Made by a program: the position numbers and the translations under genes
Notes under the pieces: model-generated
Told to the model about the DNA's origin: nothing
Database searches by the model: none
What the model saw: the letters and a program-made list of their open reading frames with translations, nothing else
Shown: positions 14,251 through 27,974 of the stretch, piece after piece
Layout: each line of letters starts with the position of its first letter
How positions within the stretch are numbered: position 1 is the stretch's first letter
Origin: Lama glama
Lineage: Eukaryota
Assembly: GCA_028534125.1 (NCBI GenBank)
Contig: CM052816.1
Location: 25,546,001 to 25,610,000, forward strand
Reading direction: 5' to 3'
DNA length: 64,000 nt

Positions 14251-14734
14251 TGTTACTGAACCAAACTTGGTTCCGCTCTCCCACGGGCAGTAAAGTCAAT
14301 CTACTGACACTAGATTGTGGTGTTAGAAAGTGCAAAATTTATTATAGGAGAATAGGTGGCTCATGCTCAAAAACCCCGAATTCCCTGAAGAGTTTCAGCA
14401 AAGCATTTTTAAAGGCAAAGTGAGGGAGGGGTGTACCAGGGTGTGTGATCAGCTTGTGCACAATTCTGATTGGGTGATGGTGAAGTAACAGGAAGGTGTT
14501 ACAGGGGTTAACATTATCCATCCTTAGACACCAGTAGGTCTGGGGGCTATATGTTCATGATCATCAAGTAGTTAATTTCTTCCTTTTGGTGGGGGTTTTA
14601 GCATCTGTAAAACAACCCAGGAAATGTGTATCAGATGCTATTATCTGGGTACTTCAGAGAGGAGCTACATACAGCAAAGGATATGGGGGAGAGGTCTGTC
14701 CTGGGAAGGCCCCATGGAGTCTTGCTTGGTTACG
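14251..14734 (-). mobile_element. ERV1-class solo LTR (family B, copy 1)
   Basis: Starts 'tgttactgaaccaaacttgg', identical to the start at 37999. Ends 'cttgcttggttacg' versus 'ctgctcggttaca' in copy 2. Minus-strand AATAAA at 14338-14343. No clear TSD. Confidence 0.85.
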
Positions 14735-14769
14735 AAACCCACTGGACTCATTGTAAGAGCGGAAATATC

Positions 14770-14985
14770 AGTTGGCTATTACTGAGCACCATCTATTCTA
14801 GGCAGCTGGCATCATTAGCTGTAATCTTCATAGCAACCAGAAAAGTTAGGACCTGTGCCAGTTTTACAGATGAGAAAACTGAGGCTTGGAGGATTTGAGT
14901 AAATAGTCTAAGTGTGTACAATTAGCCAACATTGAGAATCTAGGATCCTGCCCCTGGCATGTGTGACCCCAAACCATGCTTTTGG
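14770..14985 (-). mobile_element. MIR SINE
   Basis: MIR core 'gttttacagatgagaaaactgaggct'. Confidence 0.8.
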
Positions 14986-16984
14986 TTATGCCCCCTGCAT
15001 TCATTAAAGATAAACAGATGAGGCATCTCAGAAGAAACAAGGAGAAGGGAGGCCATTGTCTATGATGACTGTTTGCAGCCAGTCTGAAAGAACACACATG
15101 GAACACAGCACACAGAAATGAAGGACTCCCCCTCCACTACAGCTGTCCTTTGCACCCTTGGACCCATCATAGGTGCAGTGGTCACTACCCTTTCATCCCT
15201 ATTCCAGCCACATTTCGAAACTGAAGTAGAATGAGGTTAGATGGCTTCCCATAATAGGACCCACAATCTCTTACTATTAGCGCATGTGAAAGGCCCTATT
15301 CTTTCCCTGTTTCCCTTTTAGAGAGAAAAAAAATTAATGGCAAGCAAACCACACCCGAGACTAATGAGAAGAATGAATAAAGGAAATATTTTGCCATTTT
15401 GCAGGCCTCGTGCTCTCGTATTTATAGACATCTTACCAAGAGAACGTGTCTTGCAGAACATGTCACAGCCAAGGATGTTGAATTTTCAGTAACTCTTGGC
15501 TGCTTCTAGCTGTGCTTTGAGTTTGACCAGAGCAGTGCTGACGTGTGGTTTCCCTTACTTTGTTCAGGCTCTGGTGTGTTATCTCTCAGCAAGCGGAACG
15601 ATCTGATGGTTTATTTGGCGTGGGGTGCACGAAGGGCCCGAGTTACGTAAGGCTATTAAATCAGAACCTGCCTAGACGTCTTCAGAGGCTGTTAGCCTCG
15701 TTCACTCTGGGCAAAGACAATTAAGGTCCTGGCTATTATTTACAGCAAATACCAGTGAAAATAACCTCCAGTTCCTGGGTTTATTAACAGCAATGCTGAG
15801 GGGAAGGAGGAGGATCAGTGGGGAACGTGTTCAGCCGTTGCAGCTTGCGCTGATTAAAGCCTCCTTGTCATATTCCATATCGCTGTGCTGTAGTTATAGC
15901 AAATGTTCCTTGTAATGCATTTTCAAGTACAAAAATTGCTTCAGAAAAGAGCATTTAGAAAACTAATTCTATTGAAACCAATGAAGTGTTGACACATTGC
16001 CTGATGCAGATTTGTTGAAAGAGGCTTGTTTTGAGTTAGAAAAGCACAGTCCTGGAGGCAAAAATCAGTGACTCCTCAGTCTAGTGAGTGAGAGAACAGT
16101 GAAGCAGTGTGCTCGGCCGGCACCCCTCATTAATCCTTTCCCGTAATTCTACCCTGCTCACCTTCTCCCTTGCCTGACTCTATAGAATTTCAAACCCGCT
16201 GCCAGCCCGGGAACTTGCTCAGAAACCATTCATTACTCAGGCAGGGCATTTATAATGTTTGCTGATGTGTCAGTGAATAGAACACAGTGTAAATTTGGAC
16301 TGAAGTGGGCTCTTTTTTGTGTCACATCAATGGCTCCTGTACCATGTGTTCCATCAGTGTTCAAAATCCTGGAAGGGTTTGACATCCTCATCTTTCTGAG
16401 AGTCACGTTTCACCATATCCAACCCCACGAAGAAAAAAGAATGGAGACTGTTTGCAGCTGAAAACAGAGATACAGCATTAAGTAAAAAGTTTATTATTTA
16501 CCTCAAACTAGGCTATTTGGTTCCCACAGGAAACCTGGGCCTGCAGACCCCGGTAAAATCAAACATAAAAGTAGGCCTCCCTCGCATTCTAAACAGACCC
16601 TTGTGTAACCAAGTTAAGTGATTTGGTGATGAGAGAAGGCGAGTGAATTAAGGGAGTGGTCAGTGAAGAAAGATGGTCCGGTTTTCACATGATAAGCTGT
16701 GTCAGGGGAGACACTCACCCAGCCATTGTCAGGTGGTGACTACATGTCCCAGCGCTGCTTTCCCCCAGGAAGGTATTTAGGGATCTCTACAAACTAACAT
16801 GTGGAAACAAGGTTGCTAGCGGAGAATAGGGTGGAGGCGCACTTTCTCTGGGTCACTTGGGTGATGGATTCATCAGATCTGCTCTGGTTATTTATAGTCA
16901 TAGTCATCTGTCTAGAAACCAGATTGAGTAACTCATTTTCAAATTCTGTGCCTACTATAACCTAGACAGTAAACACACTCTAGA

Positions 16985-17790
16985 TTTTTTTTTCCAATTG
17001 AGGTGAAATTTACATATCATAAAATGAATCATCCAGTAGCATATATTACATGCACAGTGGTGTGCAACCACCACCTCTATCTAGTACCAAAGCGTTTCAT
17101 CACCCGCAAGAAAATCTCACACCCATCCATCAGTTATTCCCCATTCCTACCTCTCCCTAATCTCTGGTAACCAACAATCTGCATTCTGTCTCTAAATATT
17201 CTGGGTATTTCTTTTAAAATGAATCACTTGTGACTTTTTGTGTCTGGCTCCTTTCACTTAACATAACAGTGTCAAGTTTTGTCCACCTTGTAGCATTCCT
17301 TTTTATGGCTGAATAATGTTTTATAATACGGATATACCACAGTTTGCTTATCCACTCATCAGTTACTGGATATTTGGGTTGTTTTGACCCTGTGGCTATC
17401 ATGAATAGTGCTGCTATACGTGTGTGTGCTTGTCTTGTCTGACTACCTGTTTTCAGTTCTTTGGGGTACATACTTAGGGGTGGAATTGCTTGGTCCTATG
17501 GTAGTTCTACGTTTAACATTTTGAGGAATTGCCAAACTATTTTTCAGAGCACTGATTCATTTTACATTCCCTTCAACAATGTACGTAGATTCTGATTTCC
17601 CAACATTCTTGCCAATACTTGCTATATTTTTTTCTTTTTACTATACTCATCCTGGTGGATATGAAGTGGTACCTCAGTAGGATTTTGATTTGCATTTGCC
17701 TGATGACTAATAATGGTGGACATCTTTTCATGTACTTGTTGACCATTTGTTTATCTTATTTGGAAAAAATAATTATTCATTTTTTAAATC
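16985..17790 (-). mobile_element. L1MB-type LINE-1 3' portion (antisense)
   Basis: Starts with a T-tail then 'aattgaggtgaaatttacatatcataaaat'. Minus-strand ORF 17214-17471 resembles the decayed L1 ORF2 C-terminus (IAALFMIA...KQPKYP..DEWI.KLWYI). Confidence 0.9.
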
Positions 17791-17844
17791 TTCGTTCTTT
17801 TTGTATCCAACTTCTTTAAGATAGCCCAGAGGTACATATTAATG

Positions 17845-17985
17845 TTCCATGTTACAAATACGGAACCTAAGGCCTAAAAATCCTAAGGAACTTGTGTGAA
17901 GTGATACAGCTAGTAAGTGGCAGTGCCAGAATTCCAGCCCTGATCTGTCTCCTTCCAGAGTTGGAGCCTTAACCACCATCCATAC
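17845..17985 (-). mobile_element. MIR SINE
   Basis: 'acagctagtaagtggcagtgccagaattccagccctgatctgtctccttccagag'. Confidence 0.7.
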
Positions 17986-18109
17986 TACCGCAGTCAACAG
18001 TCTCTCCCAGAATCTCAGCCCTGGAGCAGAACTTTGAGACCATTGAGTCCATCTAATTGATTTCTCACGTGCAAAAGTGTTGTGAGTTCTCATTGTTTAC
18101 GTACTTCTC

Positions 18110-18512
18110 AGTATTAGTCAGGGCTCTCCAGAGAAACAGAATCAACAAGATGTGTATAAAGAGAGAGAGAGATTTATTGTAAGAAATTGGCTCCTATGAT
18201 TGTGGAAGCTTGGCAAGTCCAAACTGATGGAACAGGCCAACAGGCTGGAGACTAGGGAAGAGTTACAGTTTGAATTCAAAGGCTGTCTGCTGGCAGGATT
18301 CTTTCTTACTCAGGGATGTCAGTTTTCGTTCTATTAAGGCCTTCAACTGATTGAATGAGGCTCACATTTTGGAGGGCTTTCTGCTTTACTAAGGTCTAGT
18401 GATTTAAATTTTAAGCTCACTCAAAAAACACTTCCAGAGAAACATCCTGATTAATGTTTAACCAAGTATCTGGACACTGCGGCCAAGCCAAGTTGTTACA
18501 GAAAATCAAACT
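18110..18512 (-). mobile_element. MLT2 (ERVL) LTR, MLT2D-like
   Basis: 'gtattagtcagggctctccagagaaacagaa...gatttattgtaagaaattggctc'; related to 49180-49697. Confidence 0.85.
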
Positions 18513-21452
18513 TCCCTTCTATACTGTCATCCACATGTTCAGAGTTGCCCAAGCTCTGATTTCCCTAAAGTGAACGAAGTGTTCCTTAACTAGCATCACA
18601 GGTGTGCAGACTATATTTCCCTCACCTCTTTGTTCACTCAGTAGCTACTGATGGAGCAGCATCTCTTAGGTGACTTTTGGTTGGACAGTTAACATTTTAC
18701 TCGTGAACCTATCCATCTAAGCTGTGTTACAGGGCTCCCAGTTTCTCATGTGAGTCCACGCAGTGGTCTGACCAATGAAACCCTCTCAGATTTCCTCTGA
18801 GGCAGAGGCACATGCTTTGGTTAATTGGAGTGGTCAGGTCTCAGTTTGAGAGAGACATGTTTTCTTGGCCCACAGTTTAGAATTTCATGCTGATCTGGTT
18901 GACACAGTTCAGATCAGTTTGACCCACCGCTGCAGTAGTTACCCTTTGATCTGGAGTCTAGTTTGTAATGTGACCCATTCAGATGGCTTTCCTATAATAG
19001 TCAAGCAAGACAAAACCAAATCATCTCATTTATCTTAATGGGCTTTTTTTCTCCTCTTTTTTCTTTCTTTTTCTTTCTTCTTTTTAAAAATTTTTTTAGA
19101 CGTGAGGCCTTGCCGATCTTTTGTTAAAAAGAAAAAGGATATCTATGTATCTGGTGGGCTTTGAAATACCATCTGGTGTTTAATGTTATTGTCCTCTGTT
19201 CTCCCAGTGGTGTGCTGAATCATATCTTAAAAGTTCAACAGCCATTCAGTGGGTCGCCATTCAATATACCGTGTCATTATCAAAGATTTGGATTTACAAA
19301 ATGTTACCTGGAAACAAAGCCCACTTAACATGCTGTTATCCCTGAGGCCACTGCCTGAGATGGGTCTTATAGTGTGAAGTCTGTTTGTCTGACATTTGTC
19401 ACTGCCCTTTGGGTACTCGGGAGATCTTGTAACCCTGAAAATTGCTGGTTGAATTATGTAATTTTATGTGACAAAAGAAACACGACAGCATTCTTACACT
19501 AATATATCAGTCTGGGCATGCATCTTGTCTTTTATAAACCCCCATATATTGGCAGTGAATGTGTGAGCAGTTAAACTTTATTTTAATGATTAAATACATG
19601 CCAAGAAAGTTGAACAGTCATGAGTACTTTCTAAGTATTAAGTGAAGGAGGAAAATCCATCAGTGAAATAAACCCTGTGATGCACTGTTTCAGGAAAAAA
19701 GAAAAATCTTTATAACAGAATACTCATTCCAGAATGGATCTGTTTGGCAGGTAAAAATACTTGGTAAAAGGAACACACACTTGTATTTAGTACAATTTCA
19801 CAAGCTTAAGCAGCATTGTTAAATGCCTGGACGCAACTTGTGCTGACTCCTTGCAGAATAACAATGTGGCTTTCTCTTTTCACTTAATAATGATCAGGAT
19901 CACTTGTATGAAACACAGCAGCAGAGTGCTTTATGCAATAGTCATAAACAACCTCTCCTAAAATGCATTTTTGCTTTTATACCTCAGTGAACAGCTCTGT
20001 TTGAGTAAATGATCCATCCTTGAATTGTGTATACAGAGAGAAGATCAGCACTGGATTGTTGTTTTAATAAACTGGAAGGCTGCCAACGTTCTCTGGGAAG
20101 AGGACAAAGACATTAATGCTAGCATGCAATCTAGCCCGTGTTTGGATTTAAGACGGAATTTAATCTTCTTGCCTCCTTTCCCATTCTCCCTCCCCTTTTC
20201 CAGTCCTTTCTTCCCTTGATACACAGTCCCTTTCATGGAGTTAACTCAAGCTATCCTAAACAGCATGAACTAATAAAAGATGGCATTTTTAAAAAGAGGA
20301 GGCATTCACAAATGTTGGAATGTGGAACGTTTAAAATTCTTTCTCTGGTCCTTAGTTTAAAAGAGTGGTGATTAATGAGTTTATGTTATCTATCAAAATG
20401 CTTCCATCATGCTGCTGATGTGACATGGGATTTATGGTAATGAAAACCCTGTAGTCCCTCCCCTGTATCTAAATCTATCAGCCCCACATTCATACAAAAA
20501 GCACTATATGATGTATTTGTAGCTAGCTGAAAGCAAGATCATTTTTAAGAGATTATGTACTGCCAAAAGGGAACATTCTTAAAATATAGGAAGGGAAACG
20601 ATTTCCTTTCCAACCTATTGCTCTAGCAAGCATCATACTACAAATACCAATCTCCTCCTGGAAAAAAAAAAGAAAGAAAAAATACTGAGCAAATGATGAT
20701 CACATGATTAGGCTAGTAATGCTCAGTGAATTTCCTGTAATTTTCTTGGAACTCCTTTGTAATACATTTGCAAAGAGTCATACAGATTTTCATTGGAACA
20801 GCTTGAAATTGCTCTTTGTGTTACGCATCTTAGAAAGAGAAAATCCACTACTACGTTGAATAAAACTCACTTGGTTCCTTCTGTTAGCCGAGTATTCCAA
20901 GTAACCCGATAAAAAAACCTCATCCAGTCTCAGCAACTGGAAGAAAAAGGCACTATCCATCCAGGCAGAAGTTTTTGTTTCTGCAAGACCTTACACAAAG
21001 GACGAAAATGTGTTTGCAAAAATTGCCTATATCTTGCTTTCCAGTGCCCTCTCAGAAGGATCCCAAAATATAGACATTATATGCCCTTTTATCACCTGGG
21101 TGTAAGAATGAGTACAGAAGAGGAGTGAATACCAGATCAAGTTCTCAAGACAAAGTCTTTCAACATGTGAAAGGGTGTGGATTAGAAATGAGGTGTGCTC
21201 AAAGAATTGTGTTTCTGCAAACAGTAAAAACCCTAAACTTTGCAACTAATTTCTTTCTTTAAATATTGACCAAATCAAGTGTCTGTTCCTAAAAATCTCA
21301 ATCTCTTGTTATTTAAACTTTGAAATGCTTTGATGAGTGGGTGAAAAGGGGAAGGAGTTACCCCAAGAAGAAGCAGACATTTGTATCTAACACTCCTGAA
21401 CATCATCAGGGGTCACATATGCCCTACAGGGGGAGGTTGGGAGAAATCACAA

Positions 21453-21512
21453 TTTTTTTTAATTGAAGTGTAGTTAGTTACAATGTGTCAATTTCTGATG
21501 TGCAGCTTAATA
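21453..21512 (-). mobile_element. About 60-bp 5'-truncated cetartiodactyl-type L1 3' tip
   Basis: 'ttttttttaattgaagtgtagttagttacaatgtgtcaatttctgatgtgcagc' matches the 3' tips of the other young L1s here. Flanks are aaatcac(a/t)attttt at 21444-21457 and 21521-21534. Confidence 0.75.
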
Positions 21513-22944
21513 AGGGGAAAAAATCACTATTTTTTACATCACGAGGACCCCTCTGTCATCTTACTCTGTAAATAGTCATTTTAGTCTGGGTCATCTACAT
21601 GTCAGGCTTTTGAGTACCGACATTTTAAGTTGATCCATTTCTGTGTGCTTTGGAAAGCAGACAGAGAGCACCGTAGTGGCATATTTTTCTTGAGGCAGAA
21701 TTTCTCCCTCCAGGGTGTAGACACAAGCTCAGTGTGTTCCAGAAACAGCACAGTCTTGTATTCCTTGGCCATTTCCTGCTGCTTTTGCTACTTCTGCCTC
21801 CGAGAGATGCAAAGGATTGAGAAACATAGTTAAAGAGAAAGGAATCCCAGAGGCCACGAGGCGAGTGGTAACAAGCGAGTGTGTGTGTGTTCATACTGGG
21901 CTGGGTTTGAAGGGGGTGGAGGAGTCTTGTTAAAATCACAAAAACTGCCTGTGCAGCAAATAGATTCTCCTCCCCCCCCCCCTCCTACTACTAGCACTGC
22001 AGAAAATAGAATCTATCAAAATGCTCTTAAAAGCAGTCCCTGCTGATACTGGAATAAAAAGGCTGTTATGACAACTATGAGGTGGGAGGAGCTTCTTGTC
22101 ACCCAGCTGTCTGTCAGACTGAGCCTCAGGGACCCTTTAGATTTGTAAGGTCACACCAGGAACCTGGCTGCCGGCTGAAATGATATCTTTCTGTACCCTT
22201 CCCCCAACCTACCTCCAGATGACCTCAAGCTTGGCCTTTGGGGTCAAAGTCACAGGAGGGCAAATGTCATTTCCTATTGATTGTCTATTCCTTGTCTTTC
22301 TTCTGGTCTCAGTTTTGCTGTTATGAATCATTGGTCTTACTCTGGCCCAGCCCCAAACGTCTTCAGTATTCTTAGATGGCTCATGTTTAGCAAAGAAATG
22401 ATGAACCGTTTTCAAGTTTTAAACCATTTTTCCAGTTTGCACTGAGGTTGGTTTTAGTTTTGAAGAAATACTGTGATGTCAACATTATTGTCTCCAGTAT
22501 ATCTGCTTCATTGGCCTCTAGTATTAAAATGCTGTTACTAGTTTGCTTGCTTGCTTGGTTGGTGTTTTGCCAGATTGGTAAGAAAACCATGAAATTATCA
22601 CTCTTTTCAAGGGGCAGGTCATTTTTTAATTACCAGGGAAAAGCAGGAAAATAGTTATGTTTGTTATATAACAATCAGAAGGTAGGAGAGCTCACAAGAA
22701 AACATCTTTAACTGCTTAAGTTTTATAGGACAAAGAGAATGAAGAAAGCAGACACAAATTTCAAGCAAAAACTCCATCAAGTTTTTGCTCCTCAAGCAGA
22801 GTGACAAAGTCAAGCCACAAAACAACTAGAAGGAAAAGGATTTGATGCACTCACATGATCAGGATTTGCAGGCTTTCTCACTGCTGTCCCTGCCACCACA
22901 CGCATCAAGAATCATTTTAATGGACTGGCAGTAGAGCAAAAGAG

Positions 22945-23190
22945 CCCAGGATCAGTAATGATGCTGTGCCCCACCATATTGGAGCCTAGGGCAAGATCAA
23001 TAATACCAATTGTGTTTGGTTTAAATTTTTGATATTTGATTCATCATGGATTTTTAGCATTAATTTTGATTTTTTGAATATTTCATTAAAATATGATTTA
23101 TCTTGATTACTCAATTTTTTGGTATCCCCTAAATTTTGTACCCAAGGCAAGTACCTAACTTGCCTCATTCACCTTGACCTAGTCCTGGCC
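22945..23190 (-). mobile_element. MER96B-like hAT DNA transposon relic
   Basis: 'tttatcttgattactcaattttttggtatcccctaaattttgtacccaaggcaagtacctaacttgcctca' matches recalled MER96B in antisense. Confidence 0.7.
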
Positions 23191-23489
23191 ATGCTTTCAG
23201 AGGAAAATAAAACAAAAGAGATAACTAAGTAACTGACATAAGTGATTTTCTTACATAATTTAGCAAGCTTAAATGAACATTAGAATTAAAGACTAGTTTT
23301 TAATTGTTGGTATCACCAACACTTATTGTTTTCTAAAACACACACCAAAGTTCTTAGGAGTCTGGAACGTTTTATGTAAATTAGGTGACATATTTGAAGA
23401 TGCAGTTTGGGCATTTTTCTTTCCTAACTCTCATTTGTTGCCAGCAGCACTGCACCTAATTAGTGTGTGACAGTCATTGCCCCACAGAG

Positions 23490-23740
23490 AGGACATAAGC
23501 CCCAGAACAAAGAAATGAATCAGGCGGCTGGGTAGATCCTCTATAAGTATAGGCATCACCCATCCTTTGTGTTCTCTGTAAGAACTGGGGCATAGGGGAC
23601 TCAGACAAATACTGTACTCTGGCTACTGCTATTGCTGTGAATAATAGTTCATTGTCTCTGACCTGAGAGTTTCTTGTTTTCTACAAAATCCATGACACTG
23701 GCAGCATAACTTATTACCTTGCAAAAGCTTGCAAAAACCT
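23490..23740 (+). mobile_element. ERVL LTR 3' part, LTR40-like
   Basis: 'ctctggctactgctattgctgtgaataatagttcattgtctctgacctgagagtttcttgttttctac...atccatga'. Confidence 0.6.
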
Positions 23741-25739
23741 TCATCCTATATAGTATATAATCAATATCCTAAATAAATCAAGTTACTTAATTTGATTTAT
23801 TGCAGTGTAATTTAATAGTATCATAAGAACACTAACTTTTTAACTTTTTAAAGCTTTTCAATGTTTTATTTTTAGGCCACTCAAATATACTTGTTTTATT
23901 CTTTACCCACAACATGCCCTTTAAAAAAGAAAAATACTTGTCTATATTTGAACAGTAATTAAAGGTTTATGCGAGTGACTAGAGATGTCCAAATGTAGTA
24001 CATTCTGGACACATATACAGTCCAGAGGTGTATCATTACTGAAACTAAGAACACAGCAGAATAAAGATTTTCAGGGAGTGCAAATTCCATTTCTCCATCT
24101 GCAATATTCAGAGGAGGACATGGACTAAGAATGCATTAACATTTCAAACTCAAGTTCAAGGTAGTACTTGAAGAAAGTAATAACAGCAAATAGTAAACAC
24201 AAGACAAATAGAACATCATTTATCTTATTATCTCTGATTGAAAACAACTGGTTGGATTACATTTTTTTAGAGCATTTAAAGAAAGAAAAGAAATCAAATG
24301 TTGATTCTTCTCTAATCACACAATGAGATCACCAAAGCAAACATACAGGTGACATGCTCACAGCACCACAAACCGTGAAGAAGGGAGTCAGTGTTTCTCT
24401 CTAGCTCTCCCCAAGCTTGGGCATTCGGGAATAACATGTTTCTGCCCATTTGCTCATTTGTGAATGACCTGTAGAAACTGACATCTAAAATAACTTGATG
24501 GGGGTAATTAAACCTAACCAGTCTTGGCTACTTTCTCAAATGTCATAATAAAAGGGTGAAATTATATACTAGACATAGTTGTTTTCCAAAGTGGGAAACA
24601 TAAAAATTGAGGGAGACGAATTATAGTGTTACGAGAGCAGTCTTTTTACTGAGTAAACCCAGTGAACGTGGGTTTGCTGAGACATTTCTTCTCACTCATG
24701 CCCTGCTGTCAGGAGTGGCCGCTCCTCTCTGCTCTGTTCCTCCTCCACTTTCCTTCCTTACTCATTATCAAATACACTCATCTTGTTTAAATAACATGGT
24801 ACTTAACCTCTGTTTGATGTTGGGAATGTAGGGCTGCTGAAATTACAACCAGAAGGATATAAAAGAGTGTGAGAGAAATAGGCAGAGAGGAAAATAGAAA
24901 TTTCGTGTTTAAGTCTCATAATGGCCAAGAAATATTTTAAGTTCAAAGTGTGACTTGTATTTCTGGAAGGAGAAGCCAGACTGACAGTAGATATTTTAAC
25001 CTGGTAAAATTGGAGATGTGGATCAAGCTGTTTGTAATTTGACCATTTATTTTAGGATTGTACTATAGTTATATATTACCATAGTCCACTGGCCACTCAC
25101 CAGTGCCTAAAGTCTGTCTAAACAACTCTCCTAAAATCATGGAAGCTGAAAGACAATCCAGTAAAATGAATTTTAATTGTGATGCACTTGTACTAACTTG
25201 GGGAGTTTTCAGACACCCCTCTACCAAAATTTTGTCCTTTATAAAGGGGTTATTGTGACCTAGATGGTACCCTTAAGAATCATTGATCTTGGCTGTATTT
25301 GGTGGGTTATTCTTAGGTACCCAGAAGAGACGTGCATGTATTACCTTTGAACTTGGGCATTACTGAAAGGACACAGAAAGAATGTCATCTATTGCAGTCT
25401 CTCTAAGCCACAGAGCTTCTGGGATGGGAATACACAATGGATTTCATGGAAAAGCAGAACAGTTGCTCAAAATGTTTGTGGAATCCCCTGAACTCAGTTG
25501 GCCCGCCTTTTTTCATTTATCTCAAATGAAAGCAGGGCCAGTAATCTTCCATTCAACAAGGAATACTTCTATTAGCCAGGAATTTATGCTAACCCATTTC
25601 ACTTGCCTCCCTAGTTTTCAATCCATGTGTGACTGACTTTGGTTTGAATTTCATTAACTGGTTTAGTTGGTGCTGTCTGGTTATGTAAAAAAGTAAGTTA
25701 TATCTAATTGATGCCATAAGAGGTCTTTGTTGTCTGGCA

Positions 25740-26140
25740 TATCCCAGTCTCAGTAAAGGTGATGCTGAAAGGCCTGGAGTTAACGGGGACTAGAACTCAG
25801 ATGAACCAGGCTTCTCTAGGTTTCTCTTCTTTGTGATTCCCTGCATACCAGGTTTTTCCTTGAAGTTGAAACTATGACTACCAGTATCTTACATCTTTCT
25901 AGCGCCGCTGCCAAGGAAAAAAAGTACTTTCCCCCCATTGTGACTAAAAAACAAAATTTAAAAATTACAAGGAAAGATTCTTATTGGTTGGCCTGGCCCA
26001 TGTGACCACTCCCATGGCCAGATAGTCAAGGAGCAAGAGTGACAAGTCCAATGAGACCTCCATGGGTAGAGTGAAGGGAAAAAGAAGTTCCTCAACAGGA
26101 AGGAGTGAATGCTAAGCAGGTAAAGCAATAGCCATCTACT
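25740..26140 (-). mobile_element. Old MaLR LTR fragment (MLT1J/K-like)
   Basis: 'aggaaagattcttattggttggcctggcccatgtgaccactccc'. Confidence 0.5.
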
Positions 26141-26383
26141 AACCTGAGGGAAGAGTTTGCTTTTACTCAATACAGTGTGGTGTAGGCTATAGCAATTCAT
26201 GTAAGAAAGAACCCCCTGGGCTACTCGATATGGCGGCTGTGGGTGAGAAAAGTAACTGAGATTTATGCATTCATAGTATAGCCTGCCCAGTAGTTAGTCC
26301 ACTTTCCCTTCATTCAAAAGATGGGGAGATAGAGCTTAGAGAAATAAAAGATAACCCACACATATGAATGTTGCAAATAACAA

Positions 26384-26723
26384 CATCTTAGTTCATTCGC
26401 GCTGCTGCAACAAAAATGCCATAGAGTAGGTAGTTTATGCAACAGACTTATTTCTCACAGTTCAGGAGGCTGAGAAGTCCAAAGTCAAGATGCTGGCAGA
26501 TTTAGATTCCGATAAATGCCTTCTCCTTGCAGTGTCCTCACAGGGCAGAAGAAGTAAGGGGGCCCTCTGGGGTCTTTTTCATAAGGGCACTAATCCCATT
26601 TATGAGGACTGCACCTTTATGACCTAATTACCTCCCAAAGGTACCACCTTCAAATACTGTCACCTTGGGGATTAGGCTTCAACATACGAATTTTTAGGGG
26701 ACACAAACATTCAGTCTCTAGCA
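26384..26723 (-). mobile_element. MaLR LTR, MLT1A-like, full length
   Basis: 'ttatttctcacagttcaggaggctgagaagtccaa...aagggcactaatcccat...ggggacacaaacattcagtctctagca'; 5-bp flanks aacaa/aacag. Confidence 0.9.
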
Positions 26724-26741
26724 AACAGTTAAGAATAAATC

Positions 26742-26820
26742 TATAACACAACATTATAAACTGACTATACTTCAATTTAAAAAATTGTTTTTTAATTTTA
26801 AAAATTAAATGGAAAAAAAA
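26742..26820 (+). mobile_element. Tiny cetartiodactyl-type L1 3' tip with A-rich tail
   Basis: 'aacacaacattataaactgactatacttcaatt' followed by a tail; perfect 11-bp TSD aagaataaatc at 26731-26741 and 26821-26831. Confidence 0.85.
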
Positions 26821-27974
26821 AAGAATAAATCCAGTTGCTTCAAACACACATTGGAGGGTGAACTGATATCCTTCCTGACATTCGTTCACAGGAACTGGGG
26901 AGGTGTGGTTTGGGGGAGATGTCTGACAGTGCCAGTTAAGAGATTTTTTGCCTAAATCAAGAGCAGAGAGAGGCCCAGGGTTTTTCAGGCTGCTACTTGC
27001 TCACAGTCAAAGTTAACCACTCACACCATTATAGTGTGTTTAATGAAAACTCTTAAGAGGAGAAGCAGCCAGCAGCCTAAATGGAAGTCCTTCATGTCAC
27101 ACCCCCACCTCCACCCACTGCCGCCATCGAGCCAGCCCTTCTCTTCCTACCTCTCTGAGAGCAGAGCTACACACTCACACAGTCACTCTACATCCCTTCC
27201 TTTCAAACATGGAGCCACTTGTGCATTTATAGAGATTGACATTTACAGCCCTAGAGGGGCAGTCATCTTACCCACTTCATGTCTATTTAACTGAAATCAC
27301 TATGCCAACATATAACCTTCAACTGGGAAGATGAAGTTTTTCTGCTCATATGTGAAAACACAAATTCCTCAGCTAAATTTCTTTCCATTGTACAGAGAAA
27401 AAGAAAATAACTTAATCTCTTCTGGGTAATAGCAAAACAAAATCAGGGCTAGTCTCTCCCAGTCTCTTCTCCCTTTCTCCCCTGGGCAAGGGTCAGCTAA
27501 TTTCCACTGTCTGGTTCTCATGCCCCACTCCGTCCCACCAGCCTCTGCTTGGTTGTAGATTGCTCATGTGGACATGAGGTACCTGTTGCACTCTGCCGCT
27601 CTCTGTCGTCCTCATCGAAGCAGGAAGCCCCCTCCAGCCCCAAGTCCAGTCCTCTTAGCACTTCTAGGTCCCACCTAGGGGCCCAGGAGTTCACACACAC
27701 CTTCTCTATACTGATCTGGGGCCATCGGATTAGATGGCACTGTCCTTGGGCCTCCCTGCCTTGGCTGTGGCTACATTGTCACACCAGTACCAGCTGCTCC
27801 AGTGCCAGACCAACTTTGGGGCTTAAAAGAGATTAAGGCTTCCTCTGAGAAGGAGCACAAAGTCTGCAGCTCTCAGATCCCCCCATATTTACACACAGAT
27901 ATGCACACACTCACTCTTGGGATTTAGACTTGACTTCTCAGGATCCCCGAAAGACCCAATTAAATAGTTGACAA

